NCBI GenBank assembly: GCA_963675295.2
Contig: CAXXKJ010000002.1
Location: 288,001 to 352,000, forward strand
Direction: 5' to 3'
DNA from: a bacterium
GTDB lineage: Bacteria > Electryoneota > Electryoneia > Electryoneales > Electryoneaceae
Length of the DNA: 64,000 bases
Under the pieces are notes generated by a model, which saw only the letters and a list, made by a program, of their open reading frames with translations, was not told the DNA's origin and did no database searches. The position numbers and the translations under genes were made by a program. Shown piece by piece: positions 1-9,695 of the stretch (the stretch's first letter is position 1; each line of letters starts with the position of its first letter).

Positions 1-127
1 AAACTTCTTAATGCTAACAACAAAGGATAACGGCTTTAAACAGCATAATATTCATTTTAACTAATTTACTTTTTGTTTTAGCAACAGATTTCGTTTTTTT
101 TTCGCGCTTTTCGTGGACAGAAGCGGT

Positions 128-162
128 TTTCTGTTTCCGTTTATTCCGTGTATTCCGTGGTT
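128..162. repeat. 9-nt periodic micro-repeat (TTCCGTGTA-like)
   Basis: ttctgtttc-cgtttattc-cgtgtattc-cgtggtt just past the GT4 stop; resembles the repeats that commonly flank GxxExxY-type cassettes; AT-rich DNA lies to its left. Confidence 0.45.
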
Positions 163-168
163 GCAGAC

Positions 169-1407
169 TTACATCCACCCTTCCCGTTTCCAGTAGTACA
201 CCAGGCGGTCGGCGACGGCGCGGATGTCATGCGTGTTCGTGACCCAGGTACGTCCTTCCCGTCCCTTGACCGCACGGTAAGTCTCATCATCGACAAGACG
301 GATCAATTCCTGCTCGAGCGTGTCGGCGGTGGCGTGGATGAACGGGTGATCCGGAACAAACGCCTGCATCTCCGGCCCCATCCGGGTGATGGTCGGAATG
401 CCCATCGCCAGCGATTCGACACCGGACATGCCATACCCCCACCCGCCGGCGTCTGCGATCTGGTCAACGAAAATATCGCAGCTCGCCTTGAGCTGTTGCG
501 CCTCAGCGTGCGGCAGGCTCTCGATCATCACCATCTCGACCGGATAGCCGCGCAGCCGCAGGTCGGTGACGATGTCGATGATTGTGTCCGACCCCTTGTT
601 CGCCCGCACCCGCGCGGCGTGCCCGATACGAACCTGTTTGCCACCACGCGATGTGCCGTTCGTCTCGGGGTTGTGTCTATATGTGCCCGTGTCTGCTTGC
701 AGACGCGGATCTGGACCAGTGGATAAACTCTCACCAGAAAATGATCCCGTCTCCGTTTGTGTTTGCCCCGACTTGCTTGCAAGTAGGGATGCACCGTCGC
801 CGGCATACACCGGATCACTCAGATCCACGGGCAGGAACAGGTATTCGAGACGATCGTCGAGGTACAACAGGTCGACTTCGCTGGTCAGGCGCAGGCCCAG
901 GTGCCTGTCGATTTGCGGCAGAATCCCCCGGTTGCGCATGTCGGACCCGTGGTAGAACGCCATCATCGGCTTGTTCATCGCGGCCCAGCGCTGGACCGTA
1001 CGTCCGTCCCGGAAGAACTCCGCTCCCTGATCGAGCCAGATAATGTCGGCATCGTCGAGGTTCAGCTGTTCGATGGCCGACTGGATCCGTGGCGCGAGCA
1101 CGTTATCGCGGACATCGAAGAAGGCTTGCACGGCAGGGTGCGGTGCCGGTTGGAACGGTGGCCGGGCGTCGATCGGTGCGTCGTCCGGTTCCGCGCCACG
1201 AAGGGCTTTGTAGGCGAGCGTGCGTGCCTTGATAAAGGCGTCGTTGCTCGGTTGCAAAGGCAGGTCGAGGCAGATGTCTTCGTCGAACCCGAACGGGCTG
1301 CGGAACAAGGTCACATAGCGGAACCGGTGCCCACGGCGGGCGAATTCACGTTTCCACAGCGACAGGGTGCCGGTGACATGGTAGGGCGCGACGCAGAGGA
1401 TGTTCAT
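169..1407 (-). CDS. GT4/GT-B glycosyltransferase with an internal insertion of about 50 aa
   Basis: RIGHAA..NKG, CDIFVDQI..GYGMSGVESLAMGIP GT-B C-terminal motif. Confidence 0.8.
   Translation of the reverse strand: MNILCVAPYHVTGTLSLWKREFARRGHRFRYVTLFRSPFGFDEDICLDLPLQPSNDAFIKARTLAYKALRGAEPDDAPIDARPPFQPAPHPAVQAFFDVRDNVLAPRIQSAIEQLNLDDADIIWLDQGAEFFRDGRTVQRWAAMNKPMMAFYHGSDMRNRGILPQIDRHLGLRLTSEVDLLYLDDRLEYLFLPVDLSDPVYAGDGASLLASKSGQTQTETGSFSGESLSTGPDPRLQADTGTYRHNPETNGTSRGGKQVRIGHAARVRANKGSDTIIDIVTDLRLRGYPVEMVMIESLPHAEAQQLKASCDIFVDQIADAGGWGYGMSGVESLAMGIPTITRMGPEMQAFVPDHPFIHATADTLEQELIRLVDDETYRAVKGREGRTWVTNTHDIRAVADRLVYYWKREGWM
683..710 (+). repeat. TGCCC-head REP-like hairpin, in frame inside the GT4 CDS
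   Basis: gtgcccgtgtctgcttgcagacgcggat; near-identical copies at 56372-56399, 17306-17333 and (inverted) about 23647-23674. Confidence 0.8.
763..790 (+). repeat. TGCCC-head REP-like hairpin, in frame inside the GT4 CDS
   Basis: ttgccccgacttgcttgcaagtagggat; same head, stem and GGGAT tail as the family. Confidence 0.7.
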
Positions 1408-2339
1408 GCCGGACGGTTCTCCAGTTTGAGGTAGCCTGCAATGGGTGCGGACCGTGCCAGCCCCCCGCCATTCATCAGGGTCTGGCGGGTGTGGTCCTCG
1501 GAGGGTGTGCGAAGCACATCGACATCATCCAGCAATCCGACTCCGAACAGCGGGCGTGGTGTCGCGATGCCGGTCGCCACGGACGGCGGGGGTTCGGCTT
1601 CCCCCATGTCCAGCTCGCGCAATTCCATCGGGTTCACCCGTTTGCCCGGCCCGGCCCAGATCTCGACCCGTTTCCCCATCCGGCTCATCAACGCCGCCAG
1701 CGCGCCGGAACCGATTTTGTTGACGAAATGCGTGTTGTCGTAGGCGTCGCAGCCGAGGATCAGGGTGTCCAGCTTGCCGGAACGGGCGTAATCGGTGAGT
1801 TGCATGTCCGACACCAGCCACACCGACCAGCCGAGCCGTGCGAGAAACTCGGCCATCTTCTTCCCTTCTCCGCCGGGGAGGGATTCACCGACAAACGCAC
1901 GCGCGGGTTCGAGCCGTTTCGCCATCGCGCGAAAGCCGTTGGCGACGGTGGACGACCACGAGAAAAAGCCGAACCGTTCGCCGGGAAGGTCCAGCTTGAT
2001 CATGCGTTCGCGCAGCATCTGGTCGGCGGTGGTTTGCAGGTCCCGCATGTCGAGGACATTCTTCCGCATGCGGTTGACCCACGCGGTACGGTCATGCTCG
2101 GGATACGGATTGTCCAGCCAGTGGCATACTTCGGCGGTCAGGTTCAACACCGGCGCCATCGCCGGTTGGTTGAACCGGAGGGCGATCATGGCCGAGCGAA
2201 CCGGGTCCGCGTGAAAGTCGGCGGGTTTGTCGAAGGCGTCCAGCAGGCAATCCAAGGCGTCCACAATCAGTTCGGACGCACCTCGCTCGCGGTCGCGAGC
2301 GACCTCTTGCAGCCGATGCTGCCAGGATATCGTGGTCAC
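1404..2339 (-). CDS. eIF-2B alpha/beta/delta (MtnA/R15P isomerase fold) family protein
   Basis: GASEL, QPAMAPVLNL, FSWSSTV, GESLPGGEG, GCDA..FVNKIGS motifs; overlaps the GT4 start. Confidence 0.75.
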   Translation of the reverse strand: MTTISWQHRLQEVARDRERGASELIVDALDCLLDAFDKPADFHADPVRSAMIALRFNQPAMAPVLNLTAEVCHWLDNPYPEHDRTAWVNRMRKNVLDMRDLQTTADQMLRERMIKLDLPGERFGFFSWSSTVANGFRAMAKRLEPARAFVGESLPGGEGKKMAEFLARLGWSVWLVSDMQLTDYARSGKLDTLILGCDAYDNTHFVNKIGSGALAALMSRMGKRVEIWAGPGKRVNPMELRELDMGEAEPPPSVATGIATPRPLFGVGLLDDVDVLRTPSEDHTRQTLMNGGGLARSAPIAGYLKLENRPA

Positions 2340-2341
2340 GG

Positions 2342-2575
2342 TCAGTCGTTGCTCTGAAAAATGCTCTGCATGTTGAATTCAAAGTACTCCGGCATGCAAA
2401 ACTGGCAGCCGTGGTACCCATCCCGGGCGTTCATCGGGTCGTCAAGGAAACGATCAACACCGCCCTTGGTGTAAATCTTCTTCCGCCGTTCCTTGTCGAT
2501 CTTGCCGATGTGGCATTCATACGCGGGCTTGGACATGTCATGCACGACTTTTTTGTCGAGATCGACAATCCACAT
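2342..2575 (-). CDS. Small putative metal-binding protein (77 aa)
   Basis: GAAGGAG RBS before ATG 2575; VH...C...GY.GCQFC motif; the longer ORF-track start runs through a REP. Confidence 0.6.
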   Translation of the reverse strand: MWIVDLDKKVVHDMSKPAYECHIGKIDKERRKKIYTKGGVDRFLDDPMNARDGYHGCQFCMPEYFEFNMQSIFQSND

Positions 2576-2696
2576 GGGACGCTCCTTCAGCAGGCTTGAC
2601 GTTTCCCGGAATATCGGGTCCGTGTCCAGACGCTGCAAGCGACCAGACGAAAATGTCCACGCTCGGGCGAGAGGTTGGGGTGCCGTCGTCTTGTCC

Positions 2697-2830
2697 ATGC
2701 CCCAGACATTCATGTCTGGGCTCATCCGCATGTATCAGGATGGATGGGTAGCTTGAGTCATCCTGCGATTCAGGTATCCCATTCCGAGGGCAGGGCCGTG
2801 TGCCCCGACCGCAGAAGAGCTGGTCGGGAT
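2697..2830 (+). repeat. Two TGCCC-head REP-like hairpins (2697-2722, 2800-2830)
   Basis: atgccccagacattcatgtctgggct; gtgccccgacc...ggtcgggat. Confidence 0.75.
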
Positions 2831-3012
2831 TACCTGACCTTGAATCACATGGCTGATGATGTGTTACCCATGCTCCAAGTACATACATGATGACAACACG
2901 GGCTATCCTCATCCTCTCATGAACCCTCCCCGTCTCGAATTTCGTCACTCGAATCACGCCGGGCCGCCACTCGGTGTGGGTTCTGTCCCTTACCTTCCGT
3001 GTCATGGGAACA

Positions 3013-6000
3013 ATGGAGCGATGGACAGGTTTGCCGGGATCGGGGCGATTCCCCGCAGCCGTGGAACACGCAGTGTCAGCCGCCCGCGCTGGTCGCGCGG
3101 TGTGGTGGATTGTGGACGGCCGCCGTCAGGGGGAAAGGGTCGAGGACGGCTTGTTGGATTCCTGCCCCGATGGGATCGCCGGGGTGGAAGTGGTGACCGT
3201 CAACCGGCTCGCCCAGAGACTGCTGGAGGACGCCGGTACGCCGTTGAACCCGGTCTCGCCGACGCTGCGGGAATTGATCTTCCGGTCGCTGGTTGGCGAA
3301 CGCGACTTCGCCGCCCGCTGGACACCGCCAGACAGCGCGGGGTGGGTGCGGAAAGCGTCGCAACTGTTCGAGCGCACGCACGCCTCCGGCCCGGATAGCC
3401 TCAGCCGTGACCAACTGCGGGCACGCTTCCCGTGGATGCCGGCGTTGTATCAAGCGTACGACCGTTGGTTGGACACCACACAGCGCCAGGATGAGGCCGC
3501 ACTTCCGGGGATGGCGTTACGGCTGCTCGAGGACATTCCCACCACCCTGCCCGGACTGCTGATCGTCGACCGGCTCGCGCCCTTGTCACACCGTCTCGAA
3601 CATCTTCTCGGCACCCTCGCGGGAAAGGTGGACGAAGTGATCCGTCTCGTGGATCACGCGGATAGTGTGTTTGCCGTCGCACCCGAAGATCCGGATCGCG
3701 ATGCGTTGTGGCCGTCCGCGACGACGACCCGGCCCTTCTCCAGCTCCGCCGCCAATCTGGCGTTCGCGCGGGAGCTGTTCACGGTTCGCGCCGCGCCGGA
3801 CGACGATGACACCGGACCGACTCGCATTCCTCCACCTCATGACGCGGCGCTGTGGTTCCATCCGGACCCGGCCGCCGAGGTGCGGATGGTGCTCAGGGAT
3901 GCTGCATACTGGGTGCATGAGACTCCGGTTGACGAATCGGATATCGCGATCGTCTGCGCCGACCTGAATGGCACACTTCCCCGTCTTCGTGAGCTGGCGG
4001 AGTCGTATGGATTGCGGCTGGACGCGTCCCGCAGTTGGCTGTTGATCGCCCGTCCGCTGGCGGTGCTGGTTCTCGACCTGTTGGCGCTGCGCACGGCCGG
4101 ATTGCAACGTAACCGTTTGACTTCGTTGTTGCTTAACCCGCTCGTGAAGTACAAAAAACACCTCGGCTCACGCGAAAATGTGTTGCTGTTGGACACAGCG
4201 GCGAAGGACGCAGGGGTGCGTGGCGGGCACGGCACATTCGAGCGTGAGTGGGCGGCTCCGTTACAACGGGTGATCGAGTTGAAGCGCCGGCCAAGACGCC
4301 TCCCGGACGATCCCGAGGAGGGCGCCCGAGTCCGTGATGCTGCCCAACGGGAAGCTAGCCGGTTGGCCGCCAGCCTCGACGAGCTTCGTGATCTGGTCAA
4401 CCTGATCCACGGTCTCCCGGACAATTGCAGCGCGGCCGAGTTGCGCGAGTGGATGGATACCCTGTTCTCCGCGCTGGACGTTGATTCACGACTGCACACC
4501 GTGCTCCGCTCCGGCGGCGACTTAGACGAACGTTTGACCCTCGGCCGGATCAACGTATTGTTCGCCAACCTCGCGCAGATGGCTCCGGGCGAGCAGCGAC
4601 GTCCGCTGGCGCGCTGGGTCGAACTGGTCCGGCAGGGCATGCAACGGATGACGGTCAGCGAGCCGCAACGCATCCGTGCCGGCATCCCCGTGCTCGCACC
4701 GGGCGATCTGCGCGGCTTGCGGGTAAAGGTGCTTTATTTACTGGGAATGACCGACGAACAGTGGCCCGTAAAGCCGGACACTGACCTGCTTGATCCCCTT
4801 TCCAGCGCCCAGGGTGTGCAATCCCTGGCTGACGCTCGCGCGTTGACCCTCGAAGCCTTTCTCGCGGCGGAATACGCACGTATATCCTGTCCGTGCCCGT
4901 TGGACGATGAACACGACCAGTCGCCGTCCCCGTTGCTGCAGGAGATTGTGCGTGCCGATGAAACGCTGATCGACCCGTTGCATCACCAGGCGGAACCGGA
5001 CGAGTTTCGCGGGCTGATTGATCTGCTTCCCGCGTTGGGGCAGGATCTGACTCAACAGGACGAGACCCGTGCAGCGATTGCGGAACGCCGGTTGGCGACC
5101 GCGGCGTCGCAGGTGGATGAACGTCCGTTGCGCGCGGCATGGCACGGCATCCGTGTTGAAGCCTTACGGCAGAATCCGGAAACGTTAACCAGGTACGAAG
5201 GCATGCTGACTGGAACGCCGGTCGGTGAACAGCTTGCCGCCGCCATCGCGGACGAAAATGTCAGCCCGACACGGCTCGATACCTTTGCCCAGTGCCCGAT
5301 GAAGTTCTTCCACAACTACGTGCTGAGGGTGCAGGAGCTGCGTGAACTGGAAGACGAGATCGACGCGCTGACCCTGGGCAGCCTCGTGCACGACATCCTC
5401 GCGCGTACAGTGCAGGAGTTACGCAAGATCCGTGGGGAGCGCTATATCGACCTCGGCGAGAATCAGGACGAAACCGCGCGGGTGATGCACGAGATCGGTA
5501 GGGCTCTGATTGAGGAGCAGCGGCTACCGTCCGTGTACTGGGATTTGCTTCGCGATGATTTGCTCAGCGGGTTGGCTGATGATAGGCGAAACGGTCGTTT
5601 GAAACAAGCGTTAGACAAAGAATTGCTATCATCCGCTCGGTCACCCGTTCAAGGCGAGCGGATCGCGTACATCGAGGCTGGGTTTGGCCTGGATTCAGAA
5701 GAAGGTCACGATGTCTTGCTGGAAGAACCGTTGCGGCTCGAGCGGGACAGTGAAACGGTCGAGTTTCGCGGACGGATTGACCGCATCGGCCTGCATCCGG
5801 ACAAGGGTTGGCGTGTATGGGATTACAAGACGGGTAGTACGACGCCCGCCTCGCCAAGTGACATGGAATTGGGATTGAAATTTCAACTTCCTGTGTATTT
5901 GTGGGTGTTACACAAGGCGATCGAAGATGGAGCGGTTGCCGATGTGGCGGACATCAATCTCGCCGGATACTACAAACTTACACGCGATGCTGTCGCATTT

Positions 6001-6294
6001 GGCGGCAAAACAAACTGGCAAGCTTTCAGCAAATTCTCAGACGATTTGCTGGCACGGGTATTCGAACTGCGACGAGCCATCCGTGTGGGACGTTTTCATC
6101 ACCCGCTAAGCCAGGACAACAGGCTGTGTAGCGATAGCGATGAATCCAATTTCTGTCCATTTCGTTTTGCTTGCCGCCGTGAACATTTCCTGTTCCGGCA
6201 ACGCGCCAAACGGCTGAATTGTGATGCTCTCAACGACGCTTACCTTTTTGATTTTCAACCAGATCTGATGGCAAAGCGGGAGGGTGACGCATGA
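3013..6294 (+). CDS. addB: AddB/RexB-like PD-(D/E)XK nuclease subunit
   Basis: SPTRLDTFAQCPMKFF, GRIDRI..DYKTG, C-terminal C..CPF..C Fe-S staple; coupled to addA; start uncertain (2974-3013). Confidence 0.85.
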   Translation: MERWTGLPGSGRFPAAVEHAVSAARAGRAVWWIVDGRRQGERVEDGLLDSCPDGIAGVEVVTVNRLAQRLLEDAGTPLNPVSPTLRELIFRSLVGERDFAARWTPPDSAGWVRKASQLFERTHASGPDSLSRDQLRARFPWMPALYQAYDRWLDTTQRQDEAALPGMALRLLEDIPTTLPGLLIVDRLAPLSHRLEHLLGTLAGKVDEVIRLVDHADSVFAVAPEDPDRDALWPSATTTRPFSSSAANLAFARELFTVRAAPDDDDTGPTRIPPPHDAALWFHPDPAAEVRMVLRDAAYWVHETPVDESDIAIVCADLNGTLPRLRELAESYGLRLDASRSWLLIARPLAVLVLDLLALRTAGLQRNRLTSLLLNPLVKYKKHLGSRENVLLLDTAAKDAGVRGGHGTFEREWAAPLQRVIELKRRPRRLPDDPEEGARVRDAAQREASRLAASLDELRDLVNLIHGLPDNCSAAELREWMDTLFSALDVDSRLHTVLRSGGDLDERLTLGRINVLFANLAQMAPGEQRRPLARWVELVRQGMQRMTVSEPQRIRAGIPVLAPGDLRGLRVKVLYLLGMTDEQWPVKPDTDLLDPLSSAQGVQSLADARALTLEAFLAAEYARISCPCPLDDEHDQSPSPLLQEIVRADETLIDPLHHQAEPDEFRGLIDLLPALGQDLTQQDETRAAIAERRLATAASQVDERPLRAAWHGIRVEALRQNPETLTRYEGMLTGTPVGEQLAAAIADENVSPTRLDTFAQCPMKFFHNYVLRVQELRELEDEIDALTLGSLVHDILARTVQELRKIRGERYIDLGENQDETARVMHEIGRALIEEQRLPSVYWDLLRDDLLSGLADDRRNGRLKQALDKELLSSARSPVQGERIAYIEAGFGLDSEEGHDVLLEEPLRLERDSETVEFRGRIDRIGLHPDKGWRVWDYKTGSTTPASPSDMELGLKFQLPVYLWVLHKAIEDGAVADVADINLAGYYKLTRDAVAFGGKTNWQAFSKFSDDLLARVFELRRAIRVGRFHHPLSQDNRLCSDSDESNFCPFRFACRREHFLFRQRAKRLNCDALNDAYLFDFQPDLMAKREGDA

Positions 6295-9200
6295 GCAAGC
6301 CGATCACCTTCCGTCCCGCGCAGCTGCGGGCGCTCGATCTAAAATGTGGCAAGCTGGTTGTTGCCGGAGCGGGCTCGGGCAAGACGACGGTCCTGGCGGA
6401 ACGCTATGTCCGCCTGCTCGAATCCGGCCTGCGTCCCGGCGAGATCGTCGCGATGACGTTCACCCGCAAGGCGGCGTCCTCGTTACGCTCCAAGGTGTAT
6501 GCCAACTTGCTGACACGCGAACAGCGGCAATCCGGAAACGCGCGATTCTGGCGGGAGTTACGCGACGAGATGCAGGCGGCGCACATCAGCACGATTCACT
6601 CGTTCTGCAGCAGCCTGCTGCGCGCATATCCCGCCGAGGCGGGGATCGATCCAGAGGCGTCCGTCGGACCCCGCGCGACGTTGATCCGCCAGCAAACGCT
6701 CCGTGATCACTTGCAAAGGCTGGCGTATCGTCGGGACGACGACCTGCGCGCTCTGCTGGCCGTGTTCAGTGCGGAACGGCAGAAGCACACCGAAGCTGTG
6801 TGCAACCTGGTGCTGCAGAATCCGCCGTTGCTTCGTGCGATCGAACGTGCAGAGCAGGACCCGGACGTCGCGAACGCGTACCTGACCGCACAGGCGAAAC
6901 GGCTGCGGGATCTGTTCACTGAGGAAGACAAACCCAAGCCGCTGCACCCGGATCATCGTGAGTTTATCGATGCGTTGATCGCGGCGAAACGTGTGGTTGC
7001 GCCGTTGTTGCAGGACGCCGCCGAACCACGGATGGCGCTCAGCTTCGACGATCTCGAGCATCTGACGTACGCCTTCCTCGCGGGCAACAGCTGGGCGGCG
7101 AAACAAGTACGGCAGTCGATACGCGCGTTGCTGGTTGACGAATTCCAGGACACCTCGACGCTGCAATGGCAGATTATACGTGAACTTGCCCGGGATGAGG
7201 CGGGTACGCTTGACGCGAACAAACTGTTCCTCGTCGGGGATGAAAAGCAGTCGATCTACTCGTTCCGTGACGCGAATGTGACCGTGGTGCACCAGGCGCG
7301 GTCGGAGCTATGCGGGGACGACGGCACAATGGAACTGGTGCCGCTGGTGGAGAATTTCCGCACCCGTCCGTCGCTGATGCGCACTTTGAACCCGATTCTC
7401 GACCGCTTGTTGCGGAACACCGAGCATTCGGACGCATCCTTTGTCGCGCAACCGCAAGAATTGGCGGCGGGGCGTGAGAATGAAGGGCCTGGCCAGTTGG
7501 ACACGGTATTTGTGTTGGACGAAGGCGCAGACGGTCCATCACGGTACATCGCCGACTGGATTCGACGTCACGGGACGGTTAAATCCGAGTCGAGCCTGTC
7601 GGGAGGGGCGGATGAGGGGTCCGAACCGAGAAATTCTGCTATTCCGGACCCAGAGAAAGAGATATACGCATATCACGATATTGCGATCCTCATGAAAACC
7701 CGCACGATTCTACCCTCCCTGGAGCTGCAATTGCAGCTGGCCGGTATCCCGTATTCGGTTCATGGCGGCGTCGGCTTTTTCGCTCGTCAGGAAGTGCTGG
7801 ATTTGATCAACCTCGTGTCGGCATTCGCTGATCCTCGGGATGAGCTGGCGCGGGTGGCGGTGCTGCGTGGACCGTTGTTCGCGTTGTCGGACGTGGCCGT
7901 GGCGGCGCTGTTCGACACCCGGTTGCAGCCTCGAAATGCCTGGCGTGATTGGTTAGATGGCAAGGGTGGCGACGACCTGCTGGTGACGCAGCTGGACGCC
8001 GAGGATCGCGAAGCGTTGGCAAGGGCTCGACTGTTGTGGCGCGAGTTGCATACCACGGCTGGCCGCATGGACCCGGTCGCGTGGATCCGGCGCGCTCTGG
8101 ACCGTAGCGGGGCATGGGGCAGCTACGCCGTCGGACGGCGTGGCCGGCAGGCGTTGGCGAACATTGGCAAGTTTCTGGACTATCTCGGCGAGATTGTGTC
8201 CGAGCAGGGACCGGGACTGCGGGATTTGTCGGAGCGTTTGCGGGTTGAGCTTGATAATGCGGAACAGGAAAACGCGTCCGAGGCGGATGTCGCGGCGGGC
8301 CACGGGGTTCGCATCCTCACCATACACTCTGCCAAGGGGTTGGAATTTCCCGTGGTGATCCTCGCCTTGCCCTCCACAAAACCAACCAGGAAGCCCAAGC
8401 TGAACGGTGGCAACCTGTTGGCGGAGGACGGTGACTATCGTCCGTTGACCGACCCGAAGCTGTACAATCTGGCGAAGGGCGCGAGCGCGGATGTTGCCAG
8501 CACGGTGCACGGCGTGATGTATAATCTCAGCGCACCGGCGGAGGAGCACGCGGAACACCTGCGCTTGCTGTATGTCGCGGCGACGCGTGCACGCGACCGC
8601 TTGCTTGTGGTGACCCGGAACGCGAAGAAAAAAAACGGCGACCTCGAGATCCCGGAGAACTCCTCTACGGAATTGTGGCTGAAAGCGTGCGGCGTAAAAC
8701 CAGAGGATCTGCTGGAGCGATGTATTGCGGCGGCACCGGACACAACTGCCGAACAGGTCGCTGACGAGCATCTGGAATTTCCCACCGGCATGCGGTTGAG
8801 CTGGGTGCCGGTGTCCGCACTGCCCGAGCATGACGATCAGGAAATCCCGCGCGAGTTGGCCCCCCAACCGGAATTCGCGGCTGACGCCGACGATCCGCAG
8901 GTGAAGTTGCGCGGACCGCGTGAGACGGTTCAGCTGCAGGTCCCGTTGGAGAAATTCGCGGCCTGGTTTGTGAAGCCGACGCGTGAACACTTGGACGAGT
9001 TGCTGCATCTGGGTGGGGCGGAGGTTGAGTCCGCGAACCTCGAAAATGACCGTACGCCTGGGTATGAAACCGTCGAATCCCGGCCTGAATCGGACGAAAC
9101 CCAGCCTGTCAACCCCGATCTGCCACGGTTGAGCGGCACGTTGTTGCACCGCACGGTACAGCGGTTCGGTCCGGGCGCGGCGTGGGACGAGGTGCGGGAC

Positions 9201-9695
9201 TGGGTGACGGCCACGGCGTCGTCAATGACGGCGGACCCGGAGCTGCGTGACGCTCTGCTTGCACGGGCGCGTGAACTGGTAACAGCGGGCGCGGCGCACA
9301 GTTGGGGAAATGCGGCTACCGCCAAACGTGAGCTGCCGGTGTTGCTGCGGCTGGGTGCGGTGTCGTTGCGGGGACGGATCGATCTCGGGTGGGTGGAAGG
9401 CGATACGGCGGTGGCGCTGGACCTTAAGACGAACGATATCGACGCCGCATCGGTCAACGAAACCATTGAGCGGCATGGCTATCAGCACCAGGCGAAGCTG
9501 TACGCCATGGCATTGGCGGCATCCGCGGGCTTCAGCCGGGCGGAGGGGCGACTGCTGTTTCTACCTGCGGGGATTGAGAAGTCGTTCCCGGTGACCGTCG
9601 AAGACCGTCGTGAATACGAAGCCCGGGCGGCTGAATTGGTGAGGATTGCTAAGGAATTTCACACCTCTGCATATACGAGGGAGAGCATATCATGA
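6291..9695 (+). CDS. addA: AddA-like UvrD helicase/nuclease
   Basis: AGAGSGKT, TFTRKAA, VDEFQDT, VGDEKQSIYSFR, TIHSAKGLEFP, LYVAATRA, GRIDL..DLKT. Confidence 0.9.
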   Translation: MSKPITFRPAQLRALDLKCGKLVVAGAGSGKTTVLAERYVRLLESGLRPGEIVAMTFTRKAASSLRSKVYANLLTREQRQSGNARFWRELRDEMQAAHISTIHSFCSSLLRAYPAEAGIDPEASVGPRATLIRQQTLRDHLQRLAYRRDDDLRALLAVFSAERQKHTEAVCNLVLQNPPLLRAIERAEQDPDVANAYLTAQAKRLRDLFTEEDKPKPLHPDHREFIDALIAAKRVVAPLLQDAAEPRMALSFDDLEHLTYAFLAGNSWAAKQVRQSIRALLVDEFQDTSTLQWQIIRELARDEAGTLDANKLFLVGDEKQSIYSFRDANVTVVHQARSELCGDDGTMELVPLVENFRTRPSLMRTLNPILDRLLRNTEHSDASFVAQPQELAAGRENEGPGQLDTVFVLDEGADGPSRYIADWIRRHGTVKSESSLSGGADEGSEPRNSAIPDPEKEIYAYHDIAILMKTRTILPSLELQLQLAGIPYSVHGGVGFFARQEVLDLINLVSAFADPRDELARVAVLRGPLFALSDVAVAALFDTRLQPRNAWRDWLDGKGGDDLLVTQLDAEDREALARARLLWRELHTTAGRMDPVAWIRRALDRSGAWGSYAVGRRGRQALANIGKFLDYLGEIVSEQGPGLRDLSERLRVELDNAEQENASEADVAAGHGVRILTIHSAKGLEFPVVILALPSTKPTRKPKLNGGNLLAEDGDYRPLTDPKLYNLAKGASADVASTVHGVMYNLSAPAEEHAEHLRLLYVAATRARDRLLVVTRNAKKKNGDLEIPENSSTELWLKACGVKPEDLLERCIAAAPDTTAEQVADEHLEFPTGMRLSWVPVSALPEHDDQEIPRELAPQPEFAADADDPQVKLRGPRETVQLQVPLEKFAAWFVKPTREHLDELLHLGGAEVESANLENDRTPGYETVESRPESDETQPVNPDLPRLSGTLLHRTVQRFGPGAAWDEVRDWVTATASSMTADPELRDALLARARELVTAGAAHSWGNAATAKRELPVLLRLGAVSLRGRIDLGWVEGDTAVALDLKTNDIDAASVNETIERHGYQHQAKLYAMALAASAGFSRAEGRLLFLPAGIEKSFPVTVEDRREYEARAAELVRIAKEFHTSAYTRESIS

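Noticed and set aside
1-100. AT-rich window edge as a foreign-element boundary
   Set aside because: Too little sequence is visible to support a call.
2576-2731. N-terminal extensions and ORFs containing MPQTFMSG or PDMNVWGM
   Set aside because: These are translations of the intergenic REP hairpin; better RBS-supported starts lie downstream.
3013-9695. Novel helicase-nuclease defence system
   Set aside because: Architecture, order and the Fe-S staple fit the housekeeping AddBA repair complex.
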